A DNA stretch of 64,000 bases from Alphaproteobacteria bacterium (GCA_965237415.1 CBDEFM010000002.1:2208001-2272000), one strand, 5' to 3'; positions 1 through 12,693 are shown, numbered from the stretch's first letter. Numbers and translations: made by a program. Notes: generated by a model not told the origin, from the sequence alone.

Positions 1-990
1 GGGCACGACAGCCACGGCGTCATCCGCGTGCCGCGCTATGTCCACTGGCTCGACACGGGCGCCGTCTACGCCGGCCGCAGCGTGAAGACGGTGATGGACG
101 CGGGCGCGGTCGCGGTGCTGGACGGTGACCATGGCTTCGGCCAGACCATCGGCGAGCAGGCGATGACGCTTGCGGTCGAGAAGGCGCGCGAGTTCGGCGT
201 CGCCGTCGTGGGCTTGCGCAACTCAGGCCACCTGGGTCGCATCGGCGACTGGGCCGAGCTTGCGGCAGCCGAGGGGCTGATCTCGATCCACTTCGTCAAC
301 ACCAGCGGGCTCGGAATGCTGGTGGCGCCCTTCGGCGGCACCGAGCGGCGCATGTCCACCAATCCCATCAGCATCGGCGTGCCGATGCCGGAAGGGCCGC
401 CCCTCGTGCTCGACTGCGCGACATCGATCGTGGCCGAGGGCAAGGTGCTGGTCGCGCTCAACGGCGGCAAGCCGTTGCCGGACGGCGCCCTGATCGAGCG
501 GGATGGCCGGCTGACCACCGACCCCAACGCAATCTACGGCGCCGTGGACGGCACCCAGCCCCACGACCAGCGCACGGGATCGGCTGCAGTGCGGGCAATG
601 GGCGAGCACAAGGGTTCTGGCATCAGTATCATGTGTGAGCTGCTCGCCGGCGCACTGACCGGCGGCGGCTGCGGCCGGGCGGGCCACAAGACGCTGGAGA
701 ACAACATGCTCTCCATCCTGCTCGACCCGGCGCGCTTCGGGACCGAGGCGCTGCTCTGGCCCGAGATCGACCGCTATATCGAATTCGTGCGGGGCGCGCG
801 CAAGGCGCCGGGGCACGAGAAGATCCTCCTTCCCGGCGAGCCGGAGGAGGAGATGCGCGCGCTCAGGCGGGCACGCGGGGTCCCGCTGCCTCGCAAGGTG
901 CGGGCGAGCCTCGCGCTCACGGCGAACTCACTCGGCCTCGCCCACGCGGCGGCGGTGTTCAAGCCGGAGGGGGGCGCGTCGGCGGCCTAA
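1..990 (+). CDS. Ldh_2-family (malate/L-lactate/ureidoglycolate) dehydrogenase, 5'-partial
   Basis: Frame open from base 1: GHDSHG, HLGRIG, TNPISIG, HKGSG and LPGE motifs. Confidence 0.9.
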   Translation, partial: GHDSHGVIRVPRYVHWLDTGAVYAGRSVKTVMDAGAVAVLDGDHGFGQTIGEQAMTLAVEKAREFGVAVVGLRNSGHLGRIGDWAELAAAEGLISIHFVNTSGLGMLVAPFGGTERRMSTNPISIGVPMPEGPPLVLDCATSIVAEGKVLVALNGGKPLPDGALIERDGRLTTDPNAIYGAVDGTQPHDQRTGSAAVRAMGEHKGSGISIMCELLAGALTGGGCGRAGHKTLENNMLSILLDPARFGTEALLWPEIDRYIEFVRGARKAPGHEKILLPGEPEEEMRALRRARGVPLPRKVRASLALTANSLGLAHAAAVFKPEGGASAA

Positions 991-1013
991 GCTTCGACGT
1001 ATGAAGGGGCCGC

Positions 1014-1793
1014 CTACCAGACGCTGCTGTAGCGGCCGCCGTCGATCACCAGGTTCTGGCCGGTGATGTAGCCTGCCTGCGCGCTGCAGAGGAACGCGCA
1101 GGCCTCGCCGAACTCGGCGGGATCGCCGAAACGCTGCGCCGGAACCGAAGCCATCTGCTGTTCGGTGAACTCGTCGAGGTCGGCACCCATCGCCTTGGCG
1201 CCGGACGCAATGTTGCTGCGCAGCCGCACGGTGTCGAAATAGCCGGGCAGGAGATTGTTGATCGTCACGTTGTTGGCTGCGACGGTGGGCGCAATGCCGG
1301 CGACGAAGGCGGTGAGGCCCGCGCGCGCACCGCTGGAGAGGTCGAGACCGGGAACCGGCATCTTCACCGAGATCGAGGTGATGTTGACGATCCGCCCGAA
1401 GCCGCGCGCGGCCATGCCGTCCACCACACGGCCGATCATCTCCACCGGCGCCGCCATGTTCATCACCACGCCCTGCAGGAGCGCGCTGCGGTCGATCTCG
1501 CGGAAGTCCCGGCGCGGCGGGCCTCCATTGTTGTTGACGAGGATGTCCGGCTCCGGGCAGGCGTGGATCATCGCGGCCTGAACGGCCGGCTCGCTGATGT
1601 CGCCGGCCACGGCCTCAACGGCTGTGCCGGTCTCTTCGCGAATTGCCTGCGCCGTTTCCTCAAGCGCTTTTGCATCGCGCGCGTTGATAACGAGATCGAC
1701 CCCGTTCCGCGCGAGCGAGAGCGCACTGGCGCGGCCGAGGCCGCGGCTCGCGGCGCACACCACGGCACGCCGCCCCTTGATACCGAGATCCAT
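1014..1793 (-). CDS. SDR family oxidoreductase (3-oxoacyl-ACP reductase-like)
   Basis: MDLGIKGRRAVVCAASRGLG, NNNGGPP, YITGQNLVIDGG. Confidence 0.9.
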   Translation of the reverse strand: MDLGIKGRRAVVCAASRGLGRASALSLARNGVDLVINARDAKALEETAQAIREETGTAVEAVAGDISEPAVQAAMIHACPEPDILVNNNGGPPRRDFREIDRSALLQGVVMNMAAPVEMIGRVVDGMAARGFGRIVNITSISVKMPVPGLDLSSGARAGLTAFVAGIAPTVAANNVTINNLLPGYFDTVRLRSNIASGAKAMGADLDEFTEQQMASVPAQRFGDPAEFGEACAFLCSAQAGYITGQNLVIDGGRYSSVW

Positions 1794-1942
1794 GGCTCCA
1801 TATCCCTTGGCTGCGGCCGCATCCTGACGCCCCTCGGGCCACCCGTGCAAGGCCCCGGGGTATTTCCGACAGGCATTTGGGAATGCATCGCGACACTGCG
1901 CTCAAGGTGCGAACCGGTGCTTGATTCGCCGCGCCAAAGGTG

Positions 1943-1969
1943 TTAGCACTCACGTATAGCGAGTGCTAA
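1943..1969 (+). promoter_or_regulatory. CIRCE element (HrcA operator)
   Basis: Exact TTAGCACTC-N9-GAGTGCTAA upstream of groES. Confidence 0.97.
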
Positions 1970-2012
1970 CACCCGCTCTCAGACCATCATTCGGACGAAA
2001 TCGGAGGAAGCA

Positions 2013-4005
<1,993 letters not shown>

Positions 4006-4026
4006 CCCAAGCGTCCGGTCGACGAC

Positions 4027-4058
4027 AAGGGGCGGGCCTTCGGGCCCGCCCCTTTTCG
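4027..4058 (+). terminator. Rho-independent terminator after groEL
   Basis: AAGGGGCGGGCC-TTCG-GGCCCGCCCCTT followed by T-rich tract. Confidence 0.9.
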
Positions 4059-4148
4059 TTTGCAGCGGCCGGGGCCACGGGATATGTGCAACCCGCACCG
4101 GCGCAGCAGAGCCGCATAGCCGGCAGCGCACTCGACCGGGGAGGACCC

Positions 4149-5594
4149 ATGAGCGCCGATATCGGAGCCTTGTTCGATCAGCGGGATTCGCTCGAGATCG
4201 CAGCCTTGGTGAAGGCGGGCGAGGTGAGCGCGAGCGAGCTCGCCGAGGAGGCGATCCGCCGCATCGAGGCGCTGAACCCGACACTGAACGCGGTCTCCAT
4301 CCCGCTCTTCGACTATGGCCGCAAGGCCGCCGCCGACCCGGCGCTGCCCGACGGCCCCTTCAAGGGGGTGCCTTTCCTGCTCAAGGACCTCGGCACGCTC
4401 TGGGAGGGCATCCCTCTCGCCAACAGCTGCCGCTATTTCAAGGACTTCGTTTGCCCCGCCGACATGACCTACACGCGGCGGATCAAGGAGGCCGGCTTCG
4501 TGCTGCTCGGCCGCAGCAACGCGCCCGAGTTGGGCTGGTGCCTGGCGACCGAGCCCACTCTCTTCGGCCGCGCCAACAACCCCTGGGACCTGGAGCGCAC
4601 GCCGGGCGGCTCCAGCGGCGGCGCGGCGGCCGCGCTGGCGTCGCGCATGGTGCCATTCGTGGATGCGAGCGACGGCGCGGGCTCGACGCGGGTGCCGGCC
4701 TCCCACTGCGGGCTGGTCGGGCTCAAGCCCTCGCGGGGCCGGGTCACGCTCGACCCTTTCCCCGACTACTGGTACGGCGGCGCGAGCTTCCTCACCGTGA
4801 CCCACACGGTGCGCGAGACCGCCGCCTATCTTGACGCGGTCGGTGGACGGGTGACGGGCGATGTCTACTACACAGATATGCCGGAGACCCCCTATCTCGA
4901 CGAGGTGGGGCGCGACCCCGGCACGCTCCATATCGGTGTCACCACAGCCTCGCCGGCCGGGCTCCCCATCCACGACGAGGTGGTGCAGGCGGTGCGCGAC
5001 GCTGCGGCGCTCTGCGAAAGCCTTGGCCACAGGGTGGAGGAACGCCCGCTCGCCTTCGACTGGGAACGGTTCTGGGGCGCCTATACGCGGATGACTGCCG
5101 CTGAGACGGCCTCAGGCTTAGAGGACTCGGAAGCGCTGATCGGCCGCCCGGTGACCGAGGACGACGTGGCGCCGCTGATCTGGGGGATCATCCAGAAGGG
5201 CAAGGCCATCGACGGGCCGCAGCACTACCGCGACGTGAACGAGCTCAAGCTGATGAGCCGAGAGCTGATCGTGAGCCTTGCGGATTGCGACGTCCACCTC
5301 ATGCCGGTCATCGGCCATCCCGCCCGACCGCACGGCCACTATCCGATGACCATCGGCGACATCGACCACTACAACGCCGAGCTCATGGGACCGGATGCCG
5401 TGTTCACGGCGCCCTTCAACGCTTGCGGCCTGCCCGGCATGTCGCTGCCGCTGCACATGACGGCAGACGGCCTGCCGGTGGGCGTGCAACTCGTGGGCCG
5501 CGAGCGCGACGAGCGCACACTCTTCCGCCTCGCGGGCCAGTTGGAGGCCGCAAAGCCCTGGAAGCACCGCCGGCCGCCAGTTCTCGCCGGCTAA
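4149..5594 (+). CDS. amidase (amidase signature family)
   Basis: GVPFLLKD, PGGSSGGAAAA, DGAGSTRVPA. Confidence 0.93.
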   Translation: MSADIGALFDQRDSLEIAALVKAGEVSASELAEEAIRRIEALNPTLNAVSIPLFDYGRKAAADPALPDGPFKGVPFLLKDLGTLWEGIPLANSCRYFKDFVCPADMTYTRRIKEAGFVLLGRSNAPELGWCLATEPTLFGRANNPWDLERTPGGSSGGAAAALASRMVPFVDASDGAGSTRVPASHCGLVGLKPSRGRVTLDPFPDYWYGGASFLTVTHTVRETAAYLDAVGGRVTGDVYYTDMPETPYLDEVGRDPGTLHIGVTTASPAGLPIHDEVVQAVRDAAALCESLGHRVEERPLAFDWERFWGAYTRMTAAETASGLEDSEALIGRPVTEDDVAPLIWGIIQKGKAIDGPQHYRDVNELKLMSRELIVSLADCDVHLMPVIGHPARPHGHYPMTIGDIDHYNAELMGPDAVFTAPFNACGLPGMSLPLHMTADGLPVGVQLVGRERDERTLFRLAGQLEAAKPWKHRRPPVLAG

Positions 5595-5634
5595 ACGAGA
5601 TCGATAGACACAACCCACCAACGGGGAGACTCCC

Positions 5635-6423
5635 ATGACCTCAGTCTTCGCCAATGACGCTTTCGCCGGGCAGACGGTCCTGGTCACCGGTGCCACCTCC
5701 GGGATCGGCGAGGGCACCGCCAAGGCCTTCGCCGCTCACGGCGCCAACGTCATGCTCAACGGGCGCGATGCGGCGCGCGGCGGCGCTGTGCTGGATGCGA
5801 TCGCGAACGACGGCGGCAGCGTCGCCCTCAGCCTCGGCGACGTGGCGGACTCCGCCTACTGCGACCGGCTGGTAGACGAGACGGTCGAGCGCTTCGGCCG
5901 GCTCAACGTGCTCTTCAACAATGCCGGCATCTGTCTCCACGGGCCGATCGACGAGACTTCGGACGACGACTGGCACCGGCTGATCGGCATCAACGTGAGC
6001 GGCAGTTTCTATATGGCGCGCGCCGCCGTGCGGCAGATGAAGGCGCAAGGCGGGGGTGGCGCGATCGTGAACATGTCGTCGGAATGCGGGCTGATCGCCT
6101 ATGAGCGCCTGCCCGCCTACAGCGCGACCAAGGGCGCCATCGCCATGCTGACCAAGTGCATGGCGATCGACCATGCGCGCGACGGCATCCGCGTCAACGC
6201 GGTCTGCCCCGGCGACATCGACACACCGATGACCGACCAAGGCTGGGCGCACCTCGACCTCACGTCCGACGAGATCCGCGAGAAGCTCAAGGAGCACATT
6301 CCGCTCGGCAAGGTGGGCCAGCCGCCCGATATCGCCCACGCGGTGATGTACCTCGCCTCCGACGCCGCCGGGTTCGTCACCGGCATCCTGCTCCCGGTCG
6401 ACGGCGGCACGACAGCCCGATAA
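5635..6423 (+). CDS. SDR family oxidoreductase
   Basis: TGATSGIG, NNAG, YSATK. Confidence 0.93.
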   Translation: MTSVFANDAFAGQTVLVTGATSGIGEGTAKAFAAHGANVMLNGRDAARGGAVLDAIANDGGSVALSLGDVADSAYCDRLVDETVERFGRLNVLFNNAGICLHGPIDETSDDDWHRLIGINVSGSFYMARAAVRQMKAQGGGGAIVNMSSECGLIAYERLPAYSATKGAIAMLTKCMAIDHARDGIRVNAVCPGDIDTPMTDQGWAHLDLTSDEIREKLKEHIPLGKVGQPPDIAHAVMYLASDAAGFVTGILLPVDGGTTAR

Positions 6424-6429
6424 CGAACG

Positions 6430-7269
6430 TCAGGGCGCCGCCAGTAGGTAGACTCCGGCCGCAGCCATCGCGATTCCGCCTGCGCGCGCGACCCATTCCC
6501 CCTTGGGCGCGAGCTTCTCGGCGACGACGAAGACCGTGATCGCCGCCACCCAGGCGAGGTTCATCACCCCGCCGACGAAGAGAAGCCCCATCACGAAGCC
6601 GCAGCAGCCGAGGCAGAAGGCGCCGTGGCCCACACCCATGCGGAAGGCACCCAGGCGACCGGGCCGCCAGTGCCCCATGATAAAGGCCATGGGCGAGCGG
6701 CAATGCTTGAGGCAGGCATACTTGAGCGGCGTCCACTGATAGACGCCGGCGGCAACGAACAGGATGCCGCCGAGGATCGTGCTGGTGGCCACCATCATCG
6801 GCGAGAGCAGCGCCGCGTTCTGTAGCCCCCACTGCATCGCCGTCGCGGTCACGCTGAACCCGGCCCAGACCGCCACATAGCCAAGTGCGAAGAGCGTGGT
6901 CGCGGCGTAGGCGCGGCCGGTGCCTTTGGAGCGGTCGACGCGGGCGAAGATGAGGATCATCGGCGCCGCGCTTGGCACCATCATCGCCACCATCATCACC
7001 GCCCACATGGCCCACATGAGCAGGCCGTGGGTGAGGCTCCAAGCCTCTATCCGCATCATGGCGCGACCGCCTGACGCCATGTCGCCGCCCATATCGAGGG
7101 CCATGTCGATGAGGTAGAGCCAGGCGAGCGCGGCCGCGATCAAAAGGCCGCCCAGCACCACCAACCGGTCGCGACGCGCAATCCCCTCGATCACGGACGC
7201 GCCGCCTAGCCCGACCGGGCGGGCCGTGCCCTCAGTCGCATTTCGCCGTGAGGCCGCCGTCCACGACAA
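6430..7269 (-). CDS. DUF2182 predicted metal-binding integral membrane protein (true start may be GTG at 7194)
   Basis: MWAVMMVAMMVPS, YQWTPLKYACLKHCRSP, CLGCC, GGVMNL motifs. Confidence 0.85.
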   Translation of the reverse strand: MSWTAASRRNATEGTARPVGLGGASVIEGIARRDRLVVLGGLLIAAALAWLYLIDMALDMGGDMASGGRAMMRIEAWSLTHGLLMWAMWAVMMVAMMVPSAAPMILIFARVDRSKGTGRAYAATTLFALGYVAVWAGFSVTATAMQWGLQNAALLSPMMVATSTILGGILFVAAGVYQWTPLKYACLKHCRSPMAFIMGHWRPGRLGAFRMGVGHGAFCLGCCGFVMGLLFVGGVMNLAWVAAITVFVVAEKLAPKGEWVARAGGIAMAAAGVYLLAAP

Positions 7270-8032
7270 GATCGGCCGCCGTCACGTACGCAGCCTCGTC
7301 GGAGGCCAGAAAGAGCGCCGCGTGGGCCACGTCCCAGCCCGTGCCCATGCGGCCCATGGGGACCTGGGCATGACGCTTCGCGACGAGGGCGTCGAGGTCG
7401 CCCTCGCCGTACTGGGCGGCGAGCCGCGCCTCCACCAGCGGGGTGTGCATGAGGCCGACCGAGATCGAATTGCAGCGCACGCCGCGCGCTGCGTATTGCA
7501 CGCCGACCGCCTTGCTGAACTGCACCAGCCCGGCCTTCGCCGCCGCGTAGGCCGCGTGGTGGTTGCCGATGAAGCGGAGCCCGGCCACCGAGGAGATATT
7601 GACGATGGCGCCCGCGCCCTGCGCCTCCATGATCGGGAGCGCGCACCGGGTGGTGAGGAAGGCGCTGGTGAGGTTGAAATCGAGCTGCGCGGCCCAGTCT
7701 TCTTCGCTCAGCTCGACCGGCCCGCCGGGCACCGAGCCCCCCACATTGTTCACGAGCACGTGGAGGCCGCCGCAGCGCTCGGCGACGGCCGGGATCACCC
7801 GTGCGACCTGGGCGCCATCGGTCACGTCTGCGGTCTCCACGGCGCAGACGCCGCCCTCTGACGCGATGATCTCCCGCGTCGCTTCGGCTGCCGCCGGGTC
7901 GCGGTCGAGCGCGATGACCCGCGCGCCTTCGCGGGCGAAGAGCACGGCGGTGGCGCGGCCGTTGCCCCAACCGGGTCCGACCGAGCCCGCGCCCGTGATC
8001 AACGCGACCTTACCGTCGAGACGCCCTGCCAT
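7232..8032 (-). CDS. SDR family oxidoreductase
   Basis: TGAGSVGPGWGNG, NNVG, YAAAK. Confidence 0.92.
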   Translation of the reverse strand: MAGRLDGKVALITGAGSVGPGWGNGRATAVLFAREGARVIALDRDPAAAEATREIIASEGGVCAVETADVTDGAQVARVIPAVAERCGGLHVLVNNVGGSVPGGPVELSEEDWAAQLDFNLTSAFLTTRCALPIMEAQGAGAIVNISSVAGLRFIGNHHAAYAAAKAGLVQFSKAVGVQYAARGVRCNSISVGLMHTPLVEARLAAQYGEGDLDALVAKRHAQVPMGRMGTGWDVAHAALFLASDEAAYVTAADLVVDGGLTAKCD

Positions 8033-8144
8033 GCCGCCACTCTACCACCCGAAGCCCGCCGGCGCAGGCGAGCACCCGCGGCGGTAGCGGCGCTCTACCG
8101 AGAACGGGATCGAAGAGACGTGGTACGGGCGGGCGCCGCAGCGA

Positions 8145-9092
8145 TCATGCCTCCCGCTCTTGCCCTCCCATGAAGGCCACCACCTCGGCATGGCTCGGCT
8201 GAGGCGCGATGGCGCCGACGCCGGTGGCGGTTAGCGCGCCTACCGCATTCGCGTACCGCCCTGCCTCGGCGGGCCCTGTGTCGCGGAGCAGGGACAGGAC
8301 GAACCCGGCACTGAACGCATCGCCCGCCCCGGTGGCATCGACCGCGTCGATCTCCCAAGCCGGAACATGGCAACGGTCCCCGGCATCGCTCTTGATGAGA
8401 CAGCCATTGGCGCCGAGCTTCGCCACCGCGAGCCGTGGCCGCGCGTCCACGATGCGATCGAGAACGGTCTCGAGAGGCGTGTCGCCAAACAGATGAGCGG
8501 AATCTTCCTCGCTCACGAACACGATGTCGGCAAGCGCCAGGGCCGCCGTGAAATTGCGGCGCAGGGTCTCAGGATCCCCGAGTGCCGGGCGCACGTTGGC
8601 ATCGTAGCTGACCATGATATCGGCCTCCCGCGCGATCTCCATCGCCACCCGGATCGCGTCTGCGCACGAGTGGGAGATTGCCTGGGAGATACCACTCGCG
8701 TGCAGGACGCGCGCGCTGGCCACGTAGTCCGGATCGATATCCGCGCCTGCGAGATGGCTCGCCGCCGAGCCGCGACGCACATAGTCGAACCGGTGTTTCC
8801 GCTCCTCCGAATAGGTGACGAAATAGAGGCCGGTGTGGTGTTCCTCGTCGGGTATTACGTGGCTTGCGTCGACGCCGTGCGTCTCCAGCATCGCGACGAA
8901 GGCGCGGCCAAAGGCATCCCGCCCGACCCGCGTGACATAGCCGCACGCGCCGCCGAGGCGCGCGGCCGCGAGCACGAAGTTGGCCGTGTCCCCACCCCAG
9001 CCGCAGCGGAAACGATCGACATCGCCCAGCCGTCCAGCCGATTCGGCGGCCATTTCCACAAGCGGCTCTCCGATGGCTATCAGGTCAGGCAA
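8145..9092 (-). CDS. PfkB family sugar kinase (KDG-kinase-like)
   Basis: GGDTAN and DATGAGDAF motifs; TTG start with GGAGG RBS. Confidence 0.88.
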   Translation of the reverse strand: MPDLIAIGEPLVEMAAESAGRLGDVDRFRCGWGGDTANFVLAAARLGGACGYVTRVGRDAFGRAFVAMLETHGVDASHVIPDEEHHTGLYFVTYSEERKHRFDYVRRGSAASHLAGADIDPDYVASARVLHASGISQAISHSCADAIRVAMEIAREADIMVSYDANVRPALGDPETLRRNFTAALALADIVFVSEEDSAHLFGDTPLETVLDRIVDARPRLAVAKLGANGCLIKSDAGDRCHVPAWEIDAVDATGAGDAFSAGFVLSLLRDTGPAEAGRYANAVGALTATGVGAIAPQPSHAEVVAFMGGQEREA

Positions 9093-9309
9093 GCGGCGCC
9101 TCCACGATCGGCTACTCAACACCAGTCTCCGGTATCGCAGGTACCGGAGGGCGGCACGACCAAAACGGGATTCATGGTGAGCGAAACCGCCGTCCGGTCA
9201 ACGGTGGAGAGATCATATGGCGTCGCGGGCACATCTGCCGAAAGGCGCGCGCGCATGATAGGGTGCGCGCGCCGCAAGGCGGGCGTGCAGCGCGGAAAAG
9301 GGCCGGGGC

Positions 9310-11739
9310 ATGAGGGATCAGGCGCGGGTGGTGGTGATCGGCGGCGGCATCGTCGGCTGCAGCGTCCTCTACCATCTGGCGAAGCTCGGCTGGTCCGACG
9401 TCATGCTGGTCGAGAAGACCGAGCTCACCGCAGGCTCCACCTGGCACGCGGCCGGGCTGCTGCCGCTCTTCAACATGAGCTACAGCGTCGGCCAGCTGCA
9501 CAAGTACTCGATCGACCTCTACCAGCAGCTCGAGGAAGAGACCGGGCAGGCGGTGAGCTTCCACCGCACCGGCAACCTCAGGCTCGCCACCAATCAGGAG
9601 CGGATGGACGAGTACCGCAACTACTCCGGCACGGCGAACACCATCGGCGTCCCCTTCGAGCTGATCGGCCCCAACGAGATCGGCGCGCTCTGGCCGCTCT
9701 GCAACCTGGAGGGGCTGGTGGGCGCCCTCTTCCACCCCCACGACGGCCATGTCGCGCCGGTGGACGTGACCCAGGCATTGGCGAAGGGCGCGCGCGACAG
9801 GGGGGCGGAGATCAACCGCAACACCGAGGTCACCGGCATCGAGCGCACCCGTGCCGGCGAATGGCTGGTGAAGACGACGCGGGGCGACATCACCTGCGAG
9901 ACGGTGGTGACGGCCACAGGCTCCTGGGCCCGGCAGGTGGGCGCCATGGTCGGCCTCGACCTGCCGGCGATCCCGGTGGAGCACCAGTACATCGTCACCG
10001 ACACGATTCCGGAGCTGGAAGCGCGCAAGGAAGCGGGCCTTCCCGAGATGCCGGTGCTGCGGGAGAGCGATGCCTCCTACTACATGCGCGAAGAGCGTCA
10101 GGGCCTCATCCTCGGGCCTTACGAGAAGGGCGCACCGGCCTGGGCGGTGGATGGCGTGCCCGAGGGCTTCGGGCAGGAGCTTCTGCCGCCGGATATCGAA
10201 CGGCTGGAGCCGCATATCGAGGCGGCGATCAACCGGGTACCGATGTTCGGCCGCGCCGGCATCAAGGACTGCGTCAACGGCCCCATTTCCTACACGCCGG
10301 ACGGCAACCCCCTCATCGGCCCGGCCTACGGTCTCCCCAACTTCTGGCTCGCCGAGGGCTTCAGCTTCGGCATCACCGCTGCGGGCGGCGCCGGCTGGCA
10401 ACTGGCCGGCTGGATCGCCGAGGGCGAGCCCTCCATCGACATGCTGGCGGTGGACCCCCGCCGCTTCGGGGTCTACGCCAACAAGCACTACACCAAGGCC
10501 AAGAACGAGGAAGCCTACGCCCACGTCTTCATCATTCACTACCCGGACGAGGAGCGCCCGGCGGCGCGGCCCGCCAAGACCAGCCCCTGCCACGACAAGC
10601 TTGCGGCGCGCGGCGCCGTCTGGGGCCAGCGCTACGGCTGGGAGCGGCCCAACTGGTTCGCGCCCGAAGGCGTCGAGCCGCGCGACGAGTGGAGCTTCCG
10701 GCGCACCAACTATTTCGAGCCCGTGGGCGACGAATGCCGGGCTGTGCGCGAACGCGCCGGCTTGATCGACATCACCAGCTTCTCCAAGTTCCGGGTTTCC
10801 GGGCCGCAGGCGGAGGCGGCGCTCGACCGCGTGCTCGCCAACCGGCTGCCGAAGGCTGCGGGCCGCATCAAGCTCGCCCATGCGCTCACTGAGAACGGCG
10901 GCGTGCGCTCCGAGTTCACGGTGCTGCGCGAGGGGCCTGAGTCGTTCTACCTGGTTAGCTCAGGCGCGGCCGAGCGCTACGACCACGATTTCTTGCTGCG
11001 CCACGTCTCCGGCGACGGTGCGACCATCGAGAACATCACGACCGCCCACGGCGTCCTCGTGTTGGCGGGGCCGCGCTCGCGCGACATCCTGGCGGCGGTG
11101 ACCGACACCGACCTCTCCAACGAGGCATTCCCCTGGCTCACGGCGCAGCCCATCTCCATCGGCGTCGCGCCCACGGTTGCGATGCGGGTCAACTTCGTGG
11201 GCGAGCTGGGCTGGGAGCTGCACCACCCGATCGAGTATCAGAACCGCATCTTCGACGCCCTGGTAGAGGCCGGGGAGCAACACGGGCTCGCCATGTGCGG
11301 CATGCGGGCGATGGATTCGCTCAGGATCGAAAAGTCCTACCGCATGTGGGGGCAGGACCTGACCATCGAGTACTCGGCCTTCGCAGCTGGCCTGGACCGC
11401 TTCATCGCGCTGGAGAAGGGCGATTTCGTCGGCCGCGAGGCGCTGATCGGCCAGCGCGAGGCAGGCGTCCCGCAGGACTTCGTCACCCTCGAAGTGGAGG
11501 CCGACGATGCCGATCCCTGGGGCAACGAGCCGATCTACTATGGCGACACCATGATCGGCCGTGCGACATCCGGGGCCTTCGGCCACACGGTGGGCCGGAG
11601 CCTTGCGTTGGGCTACGTCGCGCGCGAGCACGCGGTGCGCGGCCGGAGGCTCGCCGTCGAGATCCTGGGCGAGCGGAGGCCTGCGCGGATCATCCCCGGC
11701 TCGCCGGTCGACCCCTCCAACGAGCGGCTCCGCGCCTAG
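9310..11739 (+). CDS. GcvT-family FAD-dependent oxidoreductase (dimethylglycine/sarcosine dehydrogenase-like)
   Basis: GGGIVG, GSTWHAAG, YTPDG, GELGWELH, LRIEK. Confidence 0.93.
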   Translation: MRDQARVVVIGGGIVGCSVLYHLAKLGWSDVMLVEKTELTAGSTWHAAGLLPLFNMSYSVGQLHKYSIDLYQQLEEETGQAVSFHRTGNLRLATNQERMDEYRNYSGTANTIGVPFELIGPNEIGALWPLCNLEGLVGALFHPHDGHVAPVDVTQALAKGARDRGAEINRNTEVTGIERTRAGEWLVKTTRGDITCETVVTATGSWARQVGAMVGLDLPAIPVEHQYIVTDTIPELEARKEAGLPEMPVLRESDASYYMREERQGLILGPYEKGAPAWAVDGVPEGFGQELLPPDIERLEPHIEAAINRVPMFGRAGIKDCVNGPISYTPDGNPLIGPAYGLPNFWLAEGFSFGITAAGGAGWQLAGWIAEGEPSIDMLAVDPRRFGVYANKHYTKAKNEEAYAHVFIIHYPDEERPAARPAKTSPCHDKLAARGAVWGQRYGWERPNWFAPEGVEPRDEWSFRRTNYFEPVGDECRAVRERAGLIDITSFSKFRVSGPQAEAALDRVLANRLPKAAGRIKLAHALTENGGVRSEFTVLREGPESFYLVSSGAAERYDHDFLLRHVSGDGATIENITTAHGVLVLAGPRSRDILAAVTDTDLSNEAFPWLTAQPISIGVAPTVAMRVNFVGELGWELHHPIEYQNRIFDALVEAGEQHGLAMCGMRAMDSLRIEKSYRMWGQDLTIEYSAFAAGLDRFIALEKGDFVGREALIGQREAGVPQDFVTLEVEADDADPWGNEPIYYGDTMIGRATSGAFGHTVGRSLALGYVAREHAVRGRRLAVEILGERRPARIIPGSPVDPSNERLRA

Positions 11740-11758
11740 ACCGCTCGGGGCGCGCGAC

Positions 11759-11790
11759 ACACAGCATCGAGGACACAGCATCGAGGACAC
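11759..11790 (+). repeat. 14-bp tandem duplication ACACAGCATCGAGG x2 (+ACAC) covering the RBS
   Basis: Read directly: 11759-11772 and 11773-11786. Confidence 0.9.
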
Positions 11791-11793
11791 ACC

Positions 11794-12606
11794 ATGGCAC
11801 TCGCCGAGCGCGACATCACTGTCGAGGGGCACCGGGTTCATCTCTGGGAAGGAGGCGAAGGCTTCCCGATCCTGATGCTGCATGGCTCCGGCCCCGGCGC
11901 CGGCACCATCGGCAATTGGCGCCTGGTGCTGGAGCCGTTGGCGGCGCGCTACCGGATCACGGCCACCGACCTGATCGGCTTCGGCGCCTCCGGGCGGAAA
12001 GAGCAGGAGCCCTATTTCGACCTGTCGCTCTGGCGGCGCCAGGCCCAGGCAGTGCTCGACCTTCTGTCCGCAGGCGAGGTGGGCGTGATCGGCCATTCGC
12101 TCTCGGCCAGCCTTGCGCTGGGTCTCGCGATGGACAATCCCCGCGTCACCAGGGTGATGACCACCGGGGCCATGGGCGCGCCCGCGCGTGCAAACCGCGA
12201 GACCGAGATCTGCTGGCGCTTCCCCGAGACCCGCGAAGAGCTGCGGGAGGCGGCGGAGATCCTGGTCCACGACCCGTCCGTCATCACCGACGCCTTCCTC
12301 GACGCGCGCATGGCGATCCTCCACGACGGCGAGTACGGCCCCTACTTCCGCAGCATGTTCGCGGGCGACAAGCAGCGCTACATCGACGAGGCGGTGCTCC
12401 CGCCCGATCGTTTGTCGTCGCTCGCCTGCCAGGTGATGATGCTCCACGGCCGCGACGACCGGCCCTTCCCGTGCGAGGAGAACACGCGCGTGCTCGCCCG
12501 TCATATTCGGAAGGCCGACACGTTCGTGATCGGCGAATGCGGCCATTCGCCGGCGCTCGAACATCCTGATAAACTGGTGGCTGCGGCGCAGATGCTGTTC
12601 GGCTGA
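11794..12606 (+). CDS. alpha/beta hydrolase (meta-cleavage-product hydrolase-like)
   Basis: LHGSGPGA, GHSLS nucleophile elbow, HGRDD, CGH. Confidence 0.88.
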   Translation: MALAERDITVEGHRVHLWEGGEGFPILMLHGSGPGAGTIGNWRLVLEPLAARYRITATDLIGFGASGRKEQEPYFDLSLWRRQAQAVLDLLSAGEVGVIGHSLSASLALGLAMDNPRVTRVMTTGAMGAPARANRETEICWRFPETREELREAAEILVHDPSVITDAFLDARMAILHDGEYGPYFRSMFAGDKQRYIDEAVLPPDRLSSLACQVMMLHGRDDRPFPCEENTRVLARHIRKADTFVIGECGHSPALEHPDKLVAAAQMLFG

Positions 12607-12693
12607 CGCCGAACGAGCGCGGCCCGGGCGCCACGGAAATCTAGACCCGATCGGCGCGGGCCCAAGCGTGCCGGTATGACGATGGAGCGGGCG

